Source: Acetobacteraceae bacterium
Lineage (GTDB): Bacteria; Pseudomonadota; Alphaproteobacteria; Acetobacterales; Acetobacteraceae
NCBI GenBank assembly: GCA_965198825.1
Contig: CBDAQB010000002.1
Coordinates: 431,209-495,208, forward strand
Length of the DNA: 64,000 bases
Direction of reading: 5' to 3'
The notes below the pieces were generated by a model, which ran no database searches, was not told the origin of the DNA, and saw only the letters and a program-made list of their open reading frames with translations. Positions 59,536-64,000 of this stretch are shown here, one piece after another. Within the stretch, counting starts at the first letter, position 1, and each line of letters opens with the position of its first letter. The position numbers and the translations under genes are program-made.

Positions 59536-60852
59536 ATGGACGCGCACGTCAATTCTCTCGACGCCTTTTGGATGCCCTTCACGGCGAACCGTCAGTACAA
59601 GGCGGCGCCGCGCCTGCTCGTGGCAGCGAAGGACATGCACTACACCTCGCATGACGGGCGGCAGATCCTGGACGGCACGGCAGGCCTGTGGTGCGTCAAT
59701 GCCGGGCATTGCCGGCCGCGCATTACCGAAGCGATCCAGCGCCAGGCAGGGAGGATGGATTTCGCACCCGCCTTCCAGATGGGCCATCCGCTCGCCTTCG
59801 AGGCCGCTGCGCGCGTGGCGAACCTGCTGCCCGAAGGGCTCGACCATGTGTTCTTCACCAACTCGGGCTCGGAAGCGGTCGATACCGCTCTGAAGATCGC
59901 CTTGGCTTATCACCGCATGCGTGGAGAGGGCGCACGCACACGCCTCATCGGCCGCGAACGCGGCTATCACGGCGTCGGCTTTGGCGGCATTTCCGTCGGC
60001 GGCATCGGCAATAACCGCAAGCATTTTGGTCCGCTGCTGCCAGGGGTGGATCACCTGCCGCACACCCACGACCTTGCGCGCAATGCCTTTTCGCATGGTC
60101 AGCCTGCGCACGGCGCCGAACACGCCGATGTCCTCGAACGGATCGTCGCGCTGCATGATCCAAGCACCATCGCCGCCGTCATCGTGGAACCGCTCGCCGG
60201 CTCAACAGGCGTGCTCGTCCCGCCGGTCGGTTATCTGCAGAAGCTGCGCGAGATCTGCACCAGACACCGCATCCTGCTGATCTTCGACGAAGTCATCAGC
60301 GGTTTCGGCCGGCTCGGCGCCCCGTTCGCCACCGACCTGTTCGGCGTCACGCCCGACCTCATCACGCTCGCCAAAGGCATCACCAACGCCGCCGTACCGA
60401 TGGGCGCCGTCGGCACCACCGACGCGGTGCACGACGCCTTCATGAACGGCCCGGAAGGCAGCATCGAATTCCTGCACGGCTACACCTACTCGTCGCACGT
60501 GCTCGCCTGCGCCGCCGCCATCGCCACGCTCGATACCTACGAGGAGGAAGGCTTGTTCGCCCGCGCAGCCTCGCTCGCGGGCCACTTCGGGGAAGCTGCA
60601 CACGCCCTTCAAGGCGCCCCGCACGTCATCGACGTGCGCAATCTCGGCCTCGTCGCTGGTATCGAACTCGCCCCCCGCCCGGGCGCGCCAGGCGCCCGCG
60701 CCTACGAGGCTTTCGTGCGCGCATATGAGGCCGGGGTGCTGCTGCGTGTGACAGGCGACATCATCGCCGTGTCGCCGCCTTTGATCATCAGCCCTTCGCA
60801 GATCGACGAGGTGTTCGAGACTCTTCGTCGTGTGTTGGATGGGGTCGCTTAG
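59536..60852 (+). CDS. Class III aminotransferase (omega-amino acid/beta-alanine:pyruvate type)
   Basis: FWMPFTANRQ, DGTAGLWC, NSGSEAVDTALK, FDEVISGFGR, AKG PLP Lys. Confidence 0.9.
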   Translation: MDAHVNSLDAFWMPFTANRQYKAAPRLLVAAKDMHYTSHDGRQILDGTAGLWCVNAGHCRPRITEAIQRQAGRMDFAPAFQMGHPLAFEAAARVANLLPEGLDHVFFTNSGSEAVDTALKIALAYHRMRGEGARTRLIGRERGYHGVGFGGISVGGIGNNRKHFGPLLPGVDHLPHTHDLARNAFSHGQPAHGAEHADVLERIVALHDPSTIAAVIVEPLAGSTGVLVPPVGYLQKLREICTRHRILLIFDEVISGFGRLGAPFATDLFGVTPDLITLAKGITNAAVPMGAVGTTDAVHDAFMNGPEGSIEFLHGYTYSSHVLACAAAIATLDTYEEEGLFARAASLAGHFGEAAHALQGAPHVIDVRNLGLVAGIELAPRPGAPGARAYEAFVRAYEAGVLLRVTGDIIAVSPPLIISPSQIDEVFETLRRVLDGVA

Positions 60853-60857
60853 CGAGA

Positions 60858-61040
60858 AAGGCCAGGGGCTCTGCCCCTGGACCCCGCTGGGGACTCGTCC
60901 CCAGACCCCATTTCTGAGAAGGCGCCTGGGCCAGCGGCGCAGCCAATAAAAGGGCTTCGCCCAAGTAAGCCCGAACCAAAGGAACGGGGGTCTGGGGCCT
61001 CTAGGCCCCAGCGGGGTCCAGGGGCAGAGCCCCTGGCCTT
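60858..61040. repeat. Family B complete copy, opposite orientation to 32897
   Basis: Left inner hairpin GGGGACTCGTCCCC, right inner GGGGCCTCTAGGCCCC; outer GGGGC(TCT/AGA)GCCCC arms. Confidence 0.95.
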
Positions 61041-61069
61041 ACTTCGACACACGAAATATATTTGCCGCC

Positions 61070-62020
61070 ATGCCGCGCGGCGACCTGTTTCCGGAGATTG
61101 GGCCTTTCGAGACCGGCTATCTGCCGCTGACCGATGGCCACGTGATGTATTGGGAGCAGGTCGGCAATCCGCGTGGGCGGCCGGTCCTGTTCCTTCACGG
61201 TGGGCCAGGCGCTGGCGCCGGTGCGGTGCACAGGCGGTTTTTCGATCCGGCGCATTGGCGCATCGTGATCTTCGATCAGCGTGGCGCGGGACGGTCTCGG
61301 CCGTTGGGGTGCCTGGATGCGAACACGACGCCGCACCTGGTCGCCGACATCGAGCATTTGCGGAAATACCTGGCCATCGAGCGGTGGCTGCTGTTTGGCG
61401 GATCCTGGGGCTCGACCTTGGCGCTGGCCTATGCGCAGGCGCATGCGGCGCATGTGGCGGGGCTGGTTTTGAGGGGTGTTTTCCTGGGTCGGGCGGAGGA
61501 GGTTTCCTGGTTCCTCGAGGGGCTGCGGCAGATCTTTCCGGACGCTCACGCTGCTTTCGTGGGGCATTTGCCGCCTGAGGAGCGTGGCGACCTGCTGGGA
61601 GCCTACTTGGCAAGGCTCACCGATCCTGACCCTCTGGTGCACATGGCGGCTGCCCGGGCGTGGTCGATCTACGAGGGGTCCTGCAGCACGCTATTGCCAA
61701 GCCCTGACACGGTGCATTCGTTTGCGCAGGACCGTACGGCGCTGGGGCTGGCGCGTATCGAGGCGCATTACTTCGCCCATTCGCTTTTTCTGCCTGCGGG
61801 CGGCTTGCTCGGGAACATGGATCTCATCGGCCATATTCCGGCCGAGATCGTGCAGGGGCGTTACGACATGGTGTGCCCTGCGGTGACGGCATTCGAGCTT
61901 GCGGCCAAGTGGCCAGCGGCGCGCCTGACAGTCATTCCGGATGCTGGTCATTCGGCCCTGGAGCCCGGGGTGCGGCGCGCTCTTGTCGCCGCTGTGGAGA
62001 GGTTCCGGCACCAGCGCTGA
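61070..62020 (+). CDS. pip: Proline iminopeptidase
   Basis: LHGGPGAG, FDQRGAGRS, GGSWGS, VQGRYD, AGHS. Confidence 0.93.
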   Translation: MPRGDLFPEIGPFETGYLPLTDGHVMYWEQVGNPRGRPVLFLHGGPGAGAGAVHRRFFDPAHWRIVIFDQRGAGRSRPLGCLDANTTPHLVADIEHLRKYLAIERWLLFGGSWGSTLALAYAQAHAAHVAGLVLRGVFLGRAEEVSWFLEGLRQIFPDAHAAFVGHLPPEERGDLLGAYLARLTDPDPLVHMAAARAWSIYEGSCSTLLPSPDTVHSFAQDRTALGLARIEAHYFAHSLFLPAGGLLGNMDLIGHIPAEIVQGRYDMVCPAVTAFELAAKWPAARLTVIPDAGHSALEPGVRRALVAAVERFRHQR

Positions 62021-62134
62021 TCGCCTCGCGTTCCGCTGTCACGCTGGCGCTAGCAGGCAACGGCGGCCTTGGGTTCGCGTTGCTCGCCCGACAGCCGCGG
62101 GTCTTTGCCGTGGCCTAACAGGAGCTTTGACATA

Positions 62135-62812
62135 ATGAACAAGAAGACCGCCTGGGCTGCAGCCCTTGCCTTGCCGATGCTGATGACCGCCGCCGCGCAG
62201 GCCCAGCCTGCCGCTGCTCCAGGAACAACCGTGCCGAACGCGGCTCCTGGCGGCATCTCGCCTGGCGCTCCTGCACCTGCCATGAGGGCGCCCGGCAACA
62301 CCGGACCTGCTTCGCCGGCTGAGCCTTCCGCCGCAGGTGTTAACCCAAATGCCCCCTCGGCTCCCGCTGCCGGCGACAGTGCCAGCCTATCGGCTGCAGA
62401 CAAGCGCTTCGTCACGAAGGCCGCAGTCGGCGGCATGGCCGAGGTTCAGTTGGCCCAGCTGGCGCAGCAGAAGTCGCAAAGCGACAACGTCAAGCAGTTC
62501 GCGCAGAAGATGATCGACGATCACACGCCGAACAACGAGCAGCTGGCCAAGATCGCATCGGGCAAGGGTGTAACCGCGCCGACCGAACTGGATGCGATGC
62601 ACCAGAAGGAAATGACCAAGCTGCAGGCGCTGAACGGCGCCAAGTTCGACAAGATGTATCTGAGCGGTCAGGCGAAGGATCACCTGACGATGCTCAAGTT
62701 GTTTCAGACGGAAGCCAAGAGCGGGCACGATGCCGACCTGAAGAGCTTCGCCGAGGCGACCATTCCGACGATCCAGTCGCATGAGGACATGGCCAAAAGC
62801 GACATGAAGTAG
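62135..62812 (+). CDS. DUF4142 (ferritin-like) secreted protein
   Basis: AGGAG RBS, signal peptide, Pro/Ala-rich linker, FV.KAA.GG.AEVQLAQLA, MIDDH, FDKMYL, DH. Confidence 0.85.
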   Translation: MNKKTAWAAALALPMLMTAAAQAQPAAAPGTTVPNAAPGGISPGAPAPAMRAPGNTGPASPAEPSAAGVNPNAPSAPAAGDSASLSAADKRFVTKAAVGGMAEVQLAQLAQQKSQSDNVKQFAQKMIDDHTPNNEQLAKIASGKGVTAPTELDAMHQKEMTKLQALNGAKFDKMYLSGQAKDHLTMLKLFQTEAKSGHDADLKSFAEATIPTIQSHEDMAKSDMK

Positions 62813-62855
62813 CGTCTATCTGGGCGGCGAGGGGTCTCCTCGCCGCCCAAACTGA

Positions 62856-64000
62856 CTATCGGAGCAGGGCCAATTCCTGCTCCACGCCGGCGTTGTGTGC
62901 GGCTTCGTCCGCCCGGGCGAGGCGCGGGCTCCAACGGCCGTGCATGGTGAATACGAAGGCCACGAAGATCAGCGGTCCTACCGCGCATAGCGCGAACCAC
63001 GATTGCCAGTGCGATGCGGCGGCTCCAGGCGTTGCTGTCTCGATGACGTAGGGCATCGACAGGAACGCACCCGTCACGACAAGCCGCAGGAGCCAGCCCC
63101 AGATGGCAAGGCCGGTGGCAGTCAATGCCGGATTATGCGCCTCGATTGTTTCGGTGAAACTCGCCATCCAGGTGGCGTAAGCAAACCCCATCAGGGTCGA
63201 TATCGAGACGCCGACGAAAGCCATGCCGGCGAACGACGAGTTCGCGAAGCCATGCGCCATGAACACCCAGATCAGCACCGCCGAGCCCAGGCCGCCTGCC
63301 ACCATGAAAGGCTTGCGTACGCGCAGCGCGTCGGACCATACGCCTGCGATGATGAGTGCCACCGCGTTGGCAGCCCAACTCCAGTTCAGCAGGGCGTTCG
63401 CGCGTGCCGGGGTGAAGCCGAAGATGGTGACGAGATAGACCACGCCGAACGCGACGGTCGTATAATAGACGAGCAGCAGGACGGACACGCCCAGGGCGGA
63501 GCCGATGATGTCCAGCTTCAGCATCTGGCGCCACGGATTGGCGAGGCTGGCCGCGAGGTCCAATCCGCGGGCCTTCAACTCATTCAGCATCCTGTCGCGC
63601 TCGCTGACCATGAGCTGGTCGCGCAGGGCGGGTGCCAATTCCCGCAAGAAGAGGAAGGCCAGCACGAAGACGACAAGGTCGAACACGCCGCAGATGACAT
63701 ATTGCGAGCGCCAGCTGTGCAGCACGGGAAGGGTGGCGCTGTTCACGGCGCTGGTGAGCAGGCTGCCTAGCACCGGGCCTACGGTCCAAAAGCCCATGGC
63801 GGTGGCGCGGCCGACCTGCGGCGAGAAGTCGCGTATCAGGGCAGGCGTCGCCACCAGGATGATGCCCTCGACAAACCCGACGCCGACGCCGAGCAGCCCG
63901 TAGGTGAAGCGGTCGTGCACGAAGGGCACGAGGATCGTCAGCACGCCGACGAGAAGCAGGCCCCAAACCACCAGTCGGGCGCGGCCGAAGCGGTCGGTCA
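62856..64000 (-). CDS. MFS transporter (5' end outside the window)
   Basis: TDRFGRARLVV motif A at the window edge; multiple TMs; DALRVRKP. Confidence 0.8.
   Translation of the reverse strand, partial: TDRFGRARLVVWGLLLVGVLTILVPFVHDRFTYGLLGVGVGFVEGIILVATPALIRDFSPQVGRATAMGFWTVGPVLGSLLTSAVNSATLPVLHSWRSQYVICGVFDLVVFVLAFLFLRELAPALRDQLMVSERDRMLNELKARGLDLAASLANPWRQMLKLDIIGSALGVSVLLLVYYTTVAFGVVYLVTIFGFTPARANALLNWSWAANAVALIIAGVWSDALRVRKPFMVAGGLGSAVLIWVFMAHGFANSSFAGMAFVGVSISTLMGFAYATWMASFTETIEAHNPALTATGLAIWGWLLRLVVTGAFLSMPYVIETATPGAAASHWQSWFALCAVGPLIFVAFVFTMHGRWSPRLARADEAAHNAGVEQELALLR

Overview
GC-rich alphaproteobacterial chromosomal segment. The gene order (tim44-mltA/secB, epmA-epmB-efp-suhB, rplU-rpmA-obg-proB, ybjN-proC, phasin-queE) suggests an Acetobacteraceae-like organism; this is an inference. 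It holds about 60 CDSs and one tRNA-Ala(GGC): envelope glycosyltransferases, an ssuADCB sulfonate operon, an RND efflux pair, the EF-P beta-lysylation cluster, housekeeping genes, and an alcohol-oxidation module. Two things stand out. (1) Two dispersed non-coding repeat families with the same design: two inverted arms, each folding into its own non-identical hairpin, around a variable spacer. Family A is AT-rich, with 12 copies (8 complete) and a 44-45 bp spacer in 7 of the 8. Family B is GC-rich, with 2 complete and 2 partial copies. They sit against stop codons, fill whole intergenic gaps, supply C-terminal residues to two proteins, and replace the normal leader of three genes. No transposase is present in the window. 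(2) A type I PQQ alcohol dehydrogenase with the lanthanide-type WDYDG motif, followed by one ORF fusing an MxaJ/XoxJ-like binding protein to a cytochrome c, then an aldehyde dehydrogenase. Smaller oddities include a ParE-like toxin and a queE that both lack an in-frame canonical start codon. Products are assigned from recognised motifs only; no database search was run.
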